The notes under the pieces: generated by a model
The model's input: only the letters and a program-made list of their open reading frames with translations
Database searches by the model: none
What the model was told of the DNA's origin: nothing
Assembly (NCBI RefSeq): GCF_964213995.1
Contig: NC_135830.1
Location: 5,456,001-5,520,000, forward strand
Direction: 5' to 3'
Length of the DNA stretch: 64,000 bases
Source: Mustelus asterias
Lineage: Eukaryota
Made by a program: the position numbers and the translations under genes
Shown: one piece after another, positions 26,241 to 38,910 of the stretch
Position numbering within the stretch: the stretch's first letter is position 1
Layout of the letters: every line of letters starts with the position of its first letter

Positions 26241-27172
26241 CATAAGAACATAAGAACATAAGAAATAGGAGCAGGAGTAGGCCATCTAGCCCCTCGAGCC
26301 TGCCCCACCATTCAATAGGATCATGGCTGATCTGACTGGATCAGTACCACTTACCCGCCTGATCCCCATAACCCTTAATACCCTTACCGATCAGGAATCC
26401 ATCCATCCGCGCTTTAAACATATTCAGCGAGGTAGCCTCCACCACCTCAGTGGGCAGAGAATTCCAGAGATTCACCACCCTCTGGGAGAAGACGTTCCTC
26501 CTCAACTCTGTCTTAAACCGACCCCCCTTTATTTTGAGGCTGTGTCCTCTAGTTTTAACTTCCTTACTAAGTGGAAAGAATCTCTCCGCCTCCACCCTAT
26601 CCAGCCCCCGCATTATCTTATAAGTCTCCATAAGATCCCCCCTCATCCTTCTAAACTCCAACGAGTACAAACCCAATCTCCTCAGCCTCTCCTCATAATC
26701 CAAACCCCTCATCTCCGGTATCAACCTGGTGAACCTTCTCTGCACTCCCTACAATGCCAATATATCCTTCTTCATATAAGGGGACCAATACTGCACACAG
26801 TATTCCAGCTGCGGCCTCACCAATGCCCTGTACAGGTGCATCAAGACATCCCTGCTTTTATATTCTATCCCCCTCGCAATATAGGCCAACATCCCATTTG
26901 CCTTCTTGATCACCTGTTGTACCTGCAGACTGGGCTTTTGCGTCTCATGCACAAGGACCCCCAGGTCCCTTTGCACGGTAGCATGTTTTAATTTGTTTCC
27001 ATTGAGATAGTAATCCCATTTGTTATTATTTCCTCCAAAGTGTATAACGTCGCATTTCTCAACGTTATACTCCATTTGCCATATCCTCGCCCACTCACTC
27101 AGCCTGTCCAAATCTCTCTGCAGATCTTCTCCGTCCTCCACACGATTCACTTTTCCACTTATCTTTGTGTCG
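26241..27172 (-). mobile_element. CR1 LINE 3' fragment, young
   Basis: ORFs 26749..27150 and 26341..26745 in one frame separated by a single stop; same subfamily as 74-912; absent from the paralog at ~7680. Confidence 0.94.
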
Positions 27173-27299
27173 CCGTGTCCTTATATTTTGTGATTAGGGG
27201 GAATCTTTCCTAATTTTGAACATTGATAATCATAGCTTGTTTTGTGCATATAACTGATGAAAAAATATGCCCAAAAAACAATCACAACTGGAATCCAAT

Positions 27300-27505
27300 G
27301 ATTGATTTGCATGTTTGCCTCTATTTCTGTGCTGTGTTGATGGGGAAATATTTGTTGCGTTTTTGTCAATCAATAAATCTAATCTGGGATTTCTATTTCT
27401 GTGTTTATTTCCATAAACACCTCACTGGTTACAATGAGATGTTCATGGCAGCAAAACCAGATAAACCGTCATTTATTCATTAGTTTCAATTCAAAATAGC
27501 GGTTT
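27300..27505. promoter_or_regulatory. Candidate conserved enhancer with octamer motif (copy B)
   Basis: ATTTGCAT at 27305-27312; paralog of 7830-8035. Confidence 0.45.
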
Positions 27506-29649
27506 CTTTTAAGTATATTGACAGCAGGTTCAAAATCAATAGAAACTTCGTGAATACCCATTAGACCAGACGCTATTTAATTCAAATAAAAAAATATCCT
27601 CTAATCAAGAAATTGTTCTGAAAGTTCTGATGTCAGAATAAATAAAACATGTCTGAAAAGACTGGTATTCCACTGAATGTCAATTTGATTGATGATTTAA
27701 TCTACTAAAACTAGACACGTTAAAACATCAGGCAGAGGAGTGACGATAATCGCATTAATCTCAGAGCTTTTAACATATCAATTCTTGCATTTTATAACAT
27801 TAACATTTGGAAAGGCCTTGCATTTTCATAACGCTTTACCTGACGTTAGGTCGTCCCAAACCATTTACAACTCACTGATATATTTTCGCTGAAGTTATTC
27901 ACTGCTGTAATGTTGGACATACAACAAGGATTTGGTGCACAGGAAGCTCCCACAAAGCGAGATGTGATAAATGAACAGTAATTTTGTGATTTTAGTTGAA
28001 GAATGAGTGGCCAGGATACTGGGCAGAACAGTCCTGTTATATCGAATTTTATCAATGAGATTCTACATTCTGTCATCGGCCTGAAATGAGAATCTGTTTC
28101 ACCCACTGCTAATACCCACTGACCTGCCTTTTTTGTTGTATTACTTTTAGATTTCCGGAATTCGCAGTAGTTTGCACTGTTCTATTCATTCTCTGGATAT
28201 GGGCATCACTGACAAAGTCAGCATTAATTGTCCATACTGAGAAGGCGGTTGTGAACTACCTTTTTGTAATAATTGCCCTCTGGTCGGTTTTATTTATGTT
28301 TGACTTTCTGCAGCAGCTTTGAAACACCTGAATGGCTGTTTTGTCAATTTCAGAGGCACGTAAGGGTCAGCTTCATCACTGTGGAACTGGAGTCACATGT
28401 AGGGCAGGCAGGCTAAACATAGCTTTTTTTATTGATTCGTGGGCCTTGCACATTACTGGCTGGCCAGCATTTGTTGCCCATCTCTAGTTGCCCGTGGAGG
28501 GCAGTTGAGAGTCAACCACATTGCTGTGACTCTGGAGTCACATGTAGGTCAAACAAGGTAAGAACGGCAGATTTCATTCCCTAAAGAGACGTGAGTAAAC
28601 TAGATGGGTTTTTACAACTATCAACAATGGTCTCATAGTCATCAATAGATTCTTAATTCCAGATAGTTTTTATTGATTTCAAGTTCCACCATCTGCCGTG
28701 GCGGGATTTGAACTCAGGTCCTCAGAACATTGACTGAACATTAGGTACATAGAAATTAGGAGCCGGAGGAGGCCAGTCGAGCCTGATCCACCAGTCTTCA
28801 TGATTATGGGTTATTTCCTATCTCAAGGCCACATTATTGGATTCTGCCCACACCCCCTGATACCATTAAGATCTAATCACAGATCGATTTATTTCTTGAA
28901 TCTATTCAGTGGCATGACATCCAAAGCCGTCAGTGCTAGAGCACTCCGTATGTTCACTAGCCTCTGAAGTGAAGAAATGTTTCCTCATTTCTGTCCTAAA
29001 TTGGCTACCCTATGTCTTGAGACTGCATCCCTGGTTTGAGACTACCTAACCAGCGAAAACGTCCTTCCTTCGTCTCGCCTGCTCAGCCCTGTTAGAATTC
29101 GTTTAATTATTCATAACTTCATTTATTATTAATGCACAAATAGACATATACTGCAATGAAGTTACTGTGAAAGGGCCCATGGCCACACTCCAGCGCCTGT
29201 TCAGGTACGCTGAGGGAAAATTTAGCATGGCCAATGCACCTAATCAGCACGTCTTTCTGACTGCGGGAGGAAAATGGAGCACCCGAAGGAAACCCACGCA
29301 GATAGGGGGAGAATGTGCAGTCTCTGCACAGACAGTGACCCAAGGTGGGAATCGAACCCAGGTCCCTGGCAATGAGAGGCAGCCGTGCTACGCATTGAGA
29401 GGCAGCCGTGCTAGTCACTGTGCCACTGTACCGCCCTCATTTGTTATGTTTTGAATGTTTCAATCACAATTTTATGTATTTCAATCAGATCTCTTCTCAT
29501 CCGTCTAAACTCGAGTGAATACATGAGGTGGAGATGCCAGCGTTGCACTAGGGTGGGTACAGTAAGTCTCGCAACGCCAGGTTAAAGTCCAACATGTTTA
29601 TTTGGACTCACGAGCTTTCTGAGTGCTGCTCCTTCATCAGGTCAGTCAA

Positions 29650-31430
29650 GTGAATACAGGCCCGGTCGAATCAATTTCGCCTTATAGGACAGTCCCACCA
29701 ATCCGGGTATCAGCTGCACTCGCCAGAGTCCCTTTCTTAGGGAGGGAGATCAAATCTACACGCATTACACCAGATGTGGTCTTATGAAGACCCAGCATTA
29801 CTGCAGTAAGACTTCCCTAATTCCGAACTCAAATCTTCTTGCAACGAAGGCCTTCCTAATTGCTTGCTGCACATACCTCTCCGATTTCATTGGTTGGTGT
29901 ACAAGGATACCCAGATCCAGTTGTACATCACACTTCCAAATATATATTGTTTTGTGCTTTACACACGTATATAACTGTACATTGAACCACGTTGTACTGC
30001 AGCTGCCACATGTTCACCCATTCACACAACTTGTCCAGATCACATTGAAGCCCCCCTGCATCCTCCTCACAGCTCACAAGTCACTGCACCCTCCTCATAG
30101 CTCACAGTTATATATCGCCAGCCGCTTAGGACATTTTACATTTGATTTCCTTATCCAGATCCCACGGTGGCACAGCGTCGGGGACCGGGTTCGGTTCCCG
30201 GCTTGGGGCATTTTCTGTACGGAGTCTGCACATTCTCCCCGTGCTAACGTGGATTTCTTCTGGGTGACCCGGTTTCCTCCAACAAATCCGAAGGACGTGC
30301 AGCTTCGGGACATTGGCCATGCTAAACTCTCCCTCAGTGCACCCGAACAGGCGCTGGAGTGTGGTGACTCGGGGTTTTTCACAGTAACTTCATTGCAGTG
30401 TTAACGTAAGCCGACATGTGACTAATAAATAAATAAAATAAGTCGGGATCCTGAAGTACCCCATCACTCGCTGACTACCACTCGGTAAAAAACCCATGTA
30501 TTTCCATTCTCTGTTTCTTATCTGTCACCGAATTCTACACCAATGTCAATACATTACTCCCGATCCCACGTGCTTTAATTTGACCTACTAATATTGTACG
30601 AGGAACCGTCTCAAACGTCTTCTGAAAGTACAAATGCACCACATAGCCTGGTTCCCTCCCCCCTCCCTCCACCCCCCTCTCCCTATTCTATTATTTACAG
30701 CCTCAGAAAACGCAAGTATGTTTGTTACGAATTACATATCTTCCTTAAGCCCATTTTGGCTTCATCAAATTCCGTTAATGCTTTCCAAATATTTTGCTAT
30801 CATGTCTTTGATAACAGCCTCCAACATCTTCACTGATGCTAAAGTCAGGCTGTAATTCAACATTTTTACTCTCCCTTCCTTTGTACATGTTGGGATTTCA
30901 TTTGTCACCCTCCAATCTATAGGAACTGATCCAGAGTGTATAGGATTTTAGAGGATGACACCAATGCACCCAATATTTTCAGGGCCATTTCCATTCATAT
31001 TCTGGGATGTAGATTCTCAGGCCTTAGTGATTTATCAGCATTTCACCCCATTAATTTCCCCAGCATGATTTTGCTACTAACACTGGTGTTCTTCAATGCC
31101 AACCAGCTCTTGGTTCCCTAACATTTCTGGGAGGATATTTGTGTCCCCTTTTGTGAAGATGGAGTCAAACTTTGTGTTCTATTCATCCAACATTTCTTTG
31201 TTCCCCATTATAATTTCCCTGGATTCTGACTGGAAGCTACCTAATTTGTCTTAACTAATCTTTGTCTCTTCAGATATTCAGAGAAGCTTGTACAATTAGT
31301 TTCTATGCTCCCTGCCATTTTACTTTCATTCTCTCTTTCCCCCCTCGCACATTGTGTCTTCTTTTGTTGAATTATAAAACGTTCCAAACCCTCAGGCTTG
31401 TTGCTTCTTCTGGCAATTTTATATGCCTTA
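29650..31430 (-). mobile_element. Old degenerate CR1 LINE with nested SINE
   Basis: Reverse-complement remnants of CR1 ORF2 (e.g. ccttagtgatttatcagc = KSPG region, ttgtccagatcacattgaagc = LQ.DLD.L). Confidence 0.6.
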
Positions 31431-33991
31431 GAAATAAAAAGTAAAATTTCCTCTCCTAAAATACATCAGAGAAGACAATGAGCTTTGCCGAAATATGATT
31501 GTTACTAATTAGACAACGATGTTTGATTCAGCTTAATCAATTAATTGAAATGAAATTCCCCAGCTGCTGGGGTAGAATTTGAACTCTTGCCCGCAGAGCA
31601 TTGCTTCAAGCTTCTGGAATACATTCTTAATAATAATATTGCTATGCTACACCTTGGACTGAAATATCATCACATCCAATAATGGAACAACTGAACATTC
31701 AGCACTTGGTCACAGGTTGCATCATGAGCTGAGGTATCTGTTGTGGGAATTGAGCACGTTACTATTTGACTCAAAAATGACGTTGATTCCACTGGGATAA
31801 GACTGTTAACCGATCACAGTTTGTGTTTTGACATGACATTGAGTTCAGTGTGTTTAAACTCTGAGATCTGTGTCCAATATTTCACTGATGCATTTAATTG
31901 TCAGAAGCAAGTCTTTTCTTAGCCTTGAATCTTATTCTGACACGATGCCATTGGTTAATGAGAATCCATGTGAAAGTTCCATCAATTCCTAAAATGACAT
32001 CGGGAAACATGCGAGGCAGAAGGTGGTATGGAGCTCGACGTTCATCATGCATGAGCTGCACTATCAGAACAGCTGAACGCTGCGTTTCTTTCCTTTAGAA
32101 CTGAGCAGTTTATGGGAGATTTAGTACAGAAGTTCAAAGTTATGAATGAGAATGTTTTGCTCATTAGGAAGAAAACGCTATCCATTGGCAATAGGGCCAG
32201 TATATAGAAGACCCTGCTTTATTAGTTATTAATTAACTGAATCAATCCTCTGATTACATTACACTGGTCCATACTTCTATTTATGTTGTACCAGACCCAG
32301 TCTTTAATGATATGGCAGCGGACCCTGTCTCTCTTTATACTACATTCGGTCGTTTTTCTCGTTATGCTACACTCAGCCATTTCTCTATTTATGCTACATC
32401 AGGTCATCTCAATTAGTCCTACAGTGGACCACAGATCTGATTATATTACGTCGGATCCCATCTCTTTTTATATTACACAGGATTTGTCTCTTTACATTAC
32501 ATCAGAGCCTGTCTCTGTTAATCCAACATGCAACCATGAATATGTTGCCTGTCGAGATATTATCAATCACGATATATGTGGGTGTGCCTGTCCGATACCA
32601 ATCATTCTTGTTTGAAACAGTAGGTTTATTTTTTGCTAATATCTATAAGTAGCTGTGAGAAACGTCTAATCACTCTGCTATTGTGTGGGTAATATTTAGC
32701 GTGAACGTTATAACAATTTCTCAGTGATAAACTGGCACTGAGGGACAGGTCAATATGAACAATAGTGCAGTGCTCTTTGCAATATCTTTAGGAATCTCTG
32801 TTATGATGCATTTTATTCGTTGTAGATTGTGTTGCACTATGTCAATTTGCTGCAGATTTTAGCGATAAAGATTGTTTCGCCTGCCTTATTTTATTAATAG
32901 CATTCAACTGATACACTGGCGGTATGAGACAGAATTTTGTACTCGCAATATCGCCAGATGGGCTCCCACAGGCTAATTTTCGAACCAATGGTTAATTGGT
33001 CATCTGTTTCATAGAGAAATAAAACGAAATGGCCACAGAACATGTTATGTTTGAATACAATTTAAATATATATATTTTCTGCAATTTCCATTCTTATCTT
33101 CAAAATTATTTTTCAGTTTGGGATGTGTTAATCTGCCCAGGCCCTAAGCTCTGTTATTCCCTCCCTAAATCTCCTTATCTCACTTTCCTCGTCTAAATCA
33201 ATGCATAAAACTGTCCCTGTATTGATCGTCCTTTTAGTAATCTGTTCAAATATCTCCTTGCTCAAAAACAAGATACCGTGGATGCATGGGATCTGAAAAA
33301 TGAACTGCCAGAAACACTCAGCAGATCATTTATCATAAATGGAGTGATATTAGTGAACTTGTTCATCTGTCTCTCTCTCTCTCTCTCTCTCCTCCCTCAG
33401 TCAACACTGCAGTTCACCCTCTCGGATTCATAGCATTAGATCACATATCGTTATTACTGAATTAGGCTATGAATGGCCATTTTTGTTCTATTGCTTACTA
33501 TGGTACGACGATGTATATGCTTATATTTCACTATATATTGAGTTTAGTTTTATTACACTGCCCCTCCTTCTGTTATTACTGCATTTAACCATGTAATTTT
33601 TTTAATTGCACAGGAGTTGTCTCAGTCATGTCTGTATGACACCATATCTCGTTTTATCTTTCTTTCTGCACTATATAACGCAACCTGAAGTTTAATTTAT
33701 TAACGGACTGGGCCTTGATCTATGAGGGCTATAATTAACCCTGTCTCAGTTAGTACTGTACTTGACGATGTTCGCTGCAATAACCCATTTGGTGCAGTCT
33801 TATACAGGAATGCACTAGGCCATGCCTCTTTATATACTGCATTTGATTCATTTGAATCATTATTGCAATATACCGTGTATCTGTTTACATTACATTACGT
33901 GCCGCTCCCTTTATATTACATGAAGACATGCCGTGATATATGCTATAATTAATCATTTCTGAGCTGTTGTTGCTCAGTCAATAGTCCACAT

Positions 33992-36435
33992 ATAGAACAT
34001 AGAACAGTACAGCACAGAACAGGCCCTTCGGCCCACGATGTTGTGCCGACCTTCATCTGAAACCAAGATCAAGCTATCCCACTCCCTACCATCCTGGTGT
34101 GCTCCATGTGCCTATCCAATAACCGCTTAAATGTTCCTAAAGTGTCTGACTCCACTATCACTGCAGGCAGTCCATTCCACACCCCAACCACTCTCTGCGT
34201 GAAGAACCTACCTCTGATATCCTTCCTATATCTCCCACCATGAACCCTATAGTTATGCCCCCTCGTAATAGCTCCATCCACCCGAGGAAATAGTCTTTGA
34301 ACGTTCACTCGATCTATCCCCTTCATCATTTTATAAACCTCTATTAAGTCTCCCCTCAATCTCCTCCGCTCCAGAGAGAACAGCCCCAGCTCCCTCAACC
34401 TTTCCTCATAAGACCGACACTCCGAACCAGGCAGCATCCTGGTAAATCTCCTCTGCACTCTTTCCAGCGCTTCCACATCCTTCTTATAGTGAGGTGACCA
34501 GAACTGCACGCAATATTCCAAATGCGGTCTCACCAAGGTCCTGTACAGTTGCAGCATAACCCCACGGCTCTTAAACTCCAACCCCCTGTTAATAAAAGCT
34601 AACACACTATATGCCTTCTTCACAGCTCTATCCACTTGAGTGGCAACCTTTAGAGATCTGTGGATATGGACCCCAAGATCTCTCTGTTCCTCCACAGTCT
34701 TCAGAACCCTACCTTTGACCCTGTAATCCACATTTAAATTAGTCCTACCAAAATGAATCACCTCACATTTATCAGGGTTAAACTCCATTTGCCATTTTTC
34801 AGCCCAGCTTTGCATCCTATCTATGTCTCTTTGCAGCCTACAACACCCCTCCACCTCATCCACTACTCCACCAATCTTGGTGTCATCAGCAAATTTACTG
34901 ATCCACCCTTCAGCCCCCTCCTCTAAGTCATTAATAAAAATCACAAAGAGCAGAGGACCAAGCACCGATCCCTGCGGCACTCCGCTAGCAACCTGCCTCC
35001 AGTCCGAAAATTTTCCATCCACCACCACCCTCTGTCTTCGATCAGACAGCCAGTTACCTATCCAATCGGCCAACTTTCCCTCTATCCCACACCTCCTTAC
35101 TTTCATCATAAGCCGACCATGGGGGACCTTATCAAACGCCTTACTAAAATCCATGTATATGACATCAACCGCCCTACCTTCATCAACACACCTAGTTACC
35201 TCCTCAAAAAATTCTATCAAATTTGTGAGGCACGATTTGCCCTTCACAAATCCGTGCTGACTATCCCGGATTAATCCGCATCTTTCTAAATGGTCGTAAA
35301 TCCCATCCCTAAGGACCTTTTCCATCAATTTACCAACCACCGAAGTCAGACTAACCGGTCTATAATTACCAGGGTCATTTCTATTCCCTTTTTTAAACAG
35401 AGGAACAACATTTGCCACTCTCCAGTCCTCTGGCACCATCCCCGTGGACAGCGAGGACCCAAAGATCAAAGCCAAAGGCTCTGCAATCTCATCCCTCGCC
35501 TCCCAAAGAATCCTAGGATACATTTCATCAGGCCCAGGGGACTTATCGACCTTCAGTTTATTCAAAACTGCCAATACATCCTCCCTCCGAACATCTATTT
35601 CCTCCAGCCTATTAGCCTGTAACACCTTCTCTTCCTCAAAAACATGGCCCCTCTCCTTGGTGAACACTGAAGAAAAGTATTCATTCATCACCTCGCCTAT
35701 CTCTACTGATTCCATACACAAGTTCCCACCACTGTCCTTGACCGGCCCTAACCTCACCCTGGTCATTCTTTTATTCCTCACATAAGAGTAAAAAGCCTTG
35801 GGGTTTTCCTTGATCCGACCCGCCAAGGACTTCTCATGTCCCCTCCTAGCTCTCCTCAGCCCCTTTTTCAGCTCGTTCCTTGCTAACTTGTAACCCTCAG
35901 TCGAGCCATCTGAACCTTGTTTCCTCATCCCTACATAAGCTTCCCTCTTCCTTTTCACAAGACATTCCACCTCTTTTGTGAACCACGGTTCCCTCACTCG
36001 GCCATTTCCTCCCTGCCTGACAGGGACATACCTATCAAGGACACCCAGTATTTGTTCCTTGAAAAAGTTCCACTTTTCATCAGTGCCTTTCCCTGACAGT
36101 TTCTGTTCCCATCTTATGCCCCCTAATTCTTGCCTAATCGCATCATAATTACCTCTCCCCCAATTGTAAGCCTTGCCCTGCCGTCCGGCCCTATCCCTCT
36201 CCATTGCAATAACAAAAGACACCGAATTGTGGTCACTGTCTCCAAAGTTCTCTCCCACAACCAAATCTAACACTTGGCCCGGTTCATTTCCCAGTACCAA
36301 ATCCAATGTGGCCTCACCCCTTGTCGGCCTATCCACATATTGTGTCAGGAAACCCTCCTGCACACACTGCACAAAAAGTGTCCCATCCAAACTATTTGAC
36401 CTACAAAGGTTCCAATCAATATTTGGAAAGTTAAA
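33992..36435 (-). mobile_element. Young CR1 LINE, 5'-truncated within the endonuclease domain
   Basis: Uninterrupted 773-aa ORF plus 3' UTR and (TTCTATG)n tail. Confidence 0.97.
34069..36390 (-). CDS. CR1 ORF2 (end of APE endonuclease plus complete reverse transcriptase), N-terminally truncated
   Basis: LDLVL and GDSDHN (endonuclease end), [44 protein letters not shown]. Confidence 0.93.
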   Translation of the reverse strand: MDGTLFVQCVQEGFLTQYVDRPTRGEATLDLVLGNEPGQVLDLVVGENFGDSDHNSVSFVIAMERDRAGRQGKAYNWGRGNYDAIRQELGGIRWEQKLSGKGTDEKWNFFKEQILGVLDRYVPVRQGGNGRVREPWFTKEVECLVKRKREAYVGMRKQGSDGSTEGYKLARNELKKGLRRARRGHEKSLAGRIKENPKAFYSYVRNKRMTRVRLGPVKDSGGNLCMESVEIGEVMNEYFSSVFTKERGHVFEEEKVLQANRLEEIDVRREDVLAVLNKLKVDKSPGPDEMYPRILWEARDEIAEPLALIFGSSLSTGMVPEDWRVANVVPLFKKGNRNDPGNYRPVSLTSVVGKLMEKVLRDGIYDHLERCGLIRDSQHGFVKGKSCLTNLIEFFEEVTRCVDEGRAVDVIYMDFSKAFDKVPHGRLMMKVRRCGIEGKLADWIGNWLSDRRQRVVVDGKFSDWRQVASGVPQGSVLGPLLFVIFINDLEEGAEGWISKFADDTKIGGVVDEVEGCCRLQRDIDRMQSWAEKWQMEFNPDKCEVIHFGRTNLNVDYRVKGRVLKTVEEQRDLGVHIHRSLKVATQVDRAVKKAYSVLAFINRGLEFKSRGVMLQLYRTLVRPHLEYCVQFWSPHYKKDVEALERVQRRFTRMLPGSECRSYEERLRELGLFSLERRRLRGDLIEVYKMMKGIDRVNVQRLFPRVDGAITRGHNYRVHGGRYRKDIRGRFFTQRVVGVWNGLPAVIVESDTLGTFKRLLDRHMEHTRMVGSGIA

Positions 36436-38863
36436 TTAGGTTCCATCTCAGATATTATTTTTGGTAGGTTGTATGTCATGCACTACTGAGTACACCCGTA
36501 CCTCACGTTGCATTACATTGGGTCCGAATAAAAAAGCAGGCACTGCCTCAGTTACTAATTTTCTATAAAATGCGTCTGATGGATGAAAAAAGAGGAAGAC
36601 CAAGCTAGCTGGATGGCGCAGTGGTTAGCAGTGGTTAGCACTGCTACCTCACAGTGCTGGGGACTCGAGTTCGATTCCTGGCTTGGTCACTATATGTGTG
36701 GAGTTTGTACGTTCTCCCTGTGTCTGTGTCGATTTCCTTCCACATTCCAAAGATGTGCTAGTTAGGTGCATTGGTAATGTCAAATTCTCCCTCAGTGTAT
36801 CCGAACAGCTGCCAGAGTGTGGCGACTGGGGGATTCTCATAGCCGCTTCATTGCAGTGCTAATGCAAGCCGACATGTGACTAATCAATTAACTTTGAATA
36901 AATAGATACTAACTGAAGAAATGAAACGTATTCGTGTGGATGAAAGGGGTTGGAAGTATGCATTTCATCTTGTTAATAAATATTAAGTGTTGCGCATCAT
37001 ATCTAGTTGCTCTCGTATTGTGTGCAATAATTTGTTGAAAGCTTGGGATGAATCTTGTAACATCCTCTTGTTCAAAAGAAATTGAGGAATACGATAAACG
37101 TATGCCACGTTGGACTGCAAATGGATACTCAGGGACAATTCAGCATGACCACTCCTCCTAACCTGCACATCTTTGGACTGCAGGAGGAAAGCGGTAAACT
37201 TGGCGGAAACCCACGCAAACAATTTGCAAAAACCAGACAGACAGTTACACAAGGCCGAAGTGGACCGTATGCCCATAACAATGTGAGATACCAGTCATAA
37301 CTCCTATGTAAATAATTGCAATTAGTTTTAAGCATTTTATGGTAATTTGTTCAGTATTTACTTGCACATTCTTTGCCTCAGTCAATGTCTAAAGTTAATG
37401 AACTGCTCTGGACGCTCTTGAATGTGATATACAGCTGGCCATTCCACTGCCAAGGCATTGCATCTTTCAAATGACTCACTGAACTTCTCTCCTCTCTTTC
37501 TCTGTCTCAGACAAGACCTAAATCGGAAAACCTCGCTTCTCTCTCTCAATCTCATTTAGCTCACTTACACAGGTACCCATGAGCCGGATCTGGCTACTCG
37601 TTCACAAATGTTTAACTTTCATGCTTAAGGCAACTTGTGACTGAAAAGATGAAACACAACAATCTCAACAGAGGAAAATTCAGTGCCGGAAACAGACCAG
37701 TTCACTCTTTTATACGCTCTCCTCGATTTCACTCACACAACACCTAACACACTTAAACTTTCTATTTTAGAACACCTGTGCGGGGAAAAATGTTGCTTTA
37801 ATTTTCCATCTTTTCTCTCAGCGATAATTTTCAATCCATCTTCCTTTCAATTAACCTACCTAAACCCCAAATATGATCATTTTCTTGATTCATTAACATG
37901 GCAATCGAAGTGAATGTAATGCTGCGACCGGCAGCAATTCTGTGACTGTTCTTGAAGCTTTCAGAATGAGTTCACCCTCGCAGGCAGGAAGACTGTTCAC
38001 GGTGATAACATTAAACTGGCCCCGTTTCTTTCATTCTCAGGTAATATAACTTCCTGATTCTTGTTGCCAGTTCCAAACCACACATCTCACTTCTGAGCAG
38101 AAAATAAATCCAGGGGCCACAATCTGACGAGAACATCTGTCAGTGCGGCCTATATCTGTCCACAGAGCCAGGGCAGAGTTATAAAGATCACATTGTGGTG
38201 ACATTTACAAATGAGTCTGTTGTGATCTGTTCAGAGTTTCCATTCCAGGACATAACTGGATGGTCAGTGGATCAGTCACTGAGCTCTCCCAGGTTTCGTG
38301 AAGAAAGGAAATGATAGCTGTTATCTTGCATTGTTCGATCATTTTCTCTCCATCTGCTATTTATTTTTTGTTCTTCAGCTTTTATCTGTCAGCACCCCGT
38401 TTTTCTTTCTCCTAACTCTCCCGGTGTCTCTCTCTCTCTATCTCCTTGCCAGTGTTTTGAACACTTTTATTCGTGTTCAAAATCATGACGTTTTGAGTGG
38501 GGTAATTAAAGAGAGGATATTTCAACTGGGAGGACGGTCAGCAACCAGTGGGCACAGATTTATTTTATTGAGCAGAGAGACAGAAATGTGATTGTTTACT
38601 TTTACACAAGAGTTGTTGTGGACTGGAATGAACAGCTTCAGAGGGTGATCGAATCAGATTTCACAGTAACTTTGAAAATAAATGAGATATATCCTTCATG
38701 GAGTAAAATGTGAAGGATTTTCGAGAACAGGTCCATTTTAATGGTTCTTATGCATCATTGTCCTAGCATCGTTTTTGAGTCTCCCCCTGTCCTTCATTGA
38801 GACTGAATAAGATGCAATATTTATACAGCTGTCGTCTTGTGCTAATCTTATCTTTTGGCAACA

Positions 38864-38864
38864 C

Positions 38865-38895
<31 letters not shown>

Positions 38896-38910
38896 TGCGT
38901 GTGTGTGCGC
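38864..38910 (+). repeat. (GT)n microsatellite
   Basis: Direct observation; a (CA)n tract also lies at 18846-18880. Confidence 0.9.

Larger units (their letters stand above)
13420..28420 (+). repeat. Segmental duplication, longest copy
   Basis: Contains counterparts of both 1-2075 (17450-18700) and 2220-10095, expanded by copy-specific CR1/SINE insertions. Confidence 0.85.

Noticed and set aside
26323-26991. 222-aa plus-strand ORF (likewise 34823..35260, 22777..23229, 29784..30404)
   Set aside because: Antisense or chimeric frames over CR1/SINE sequence.
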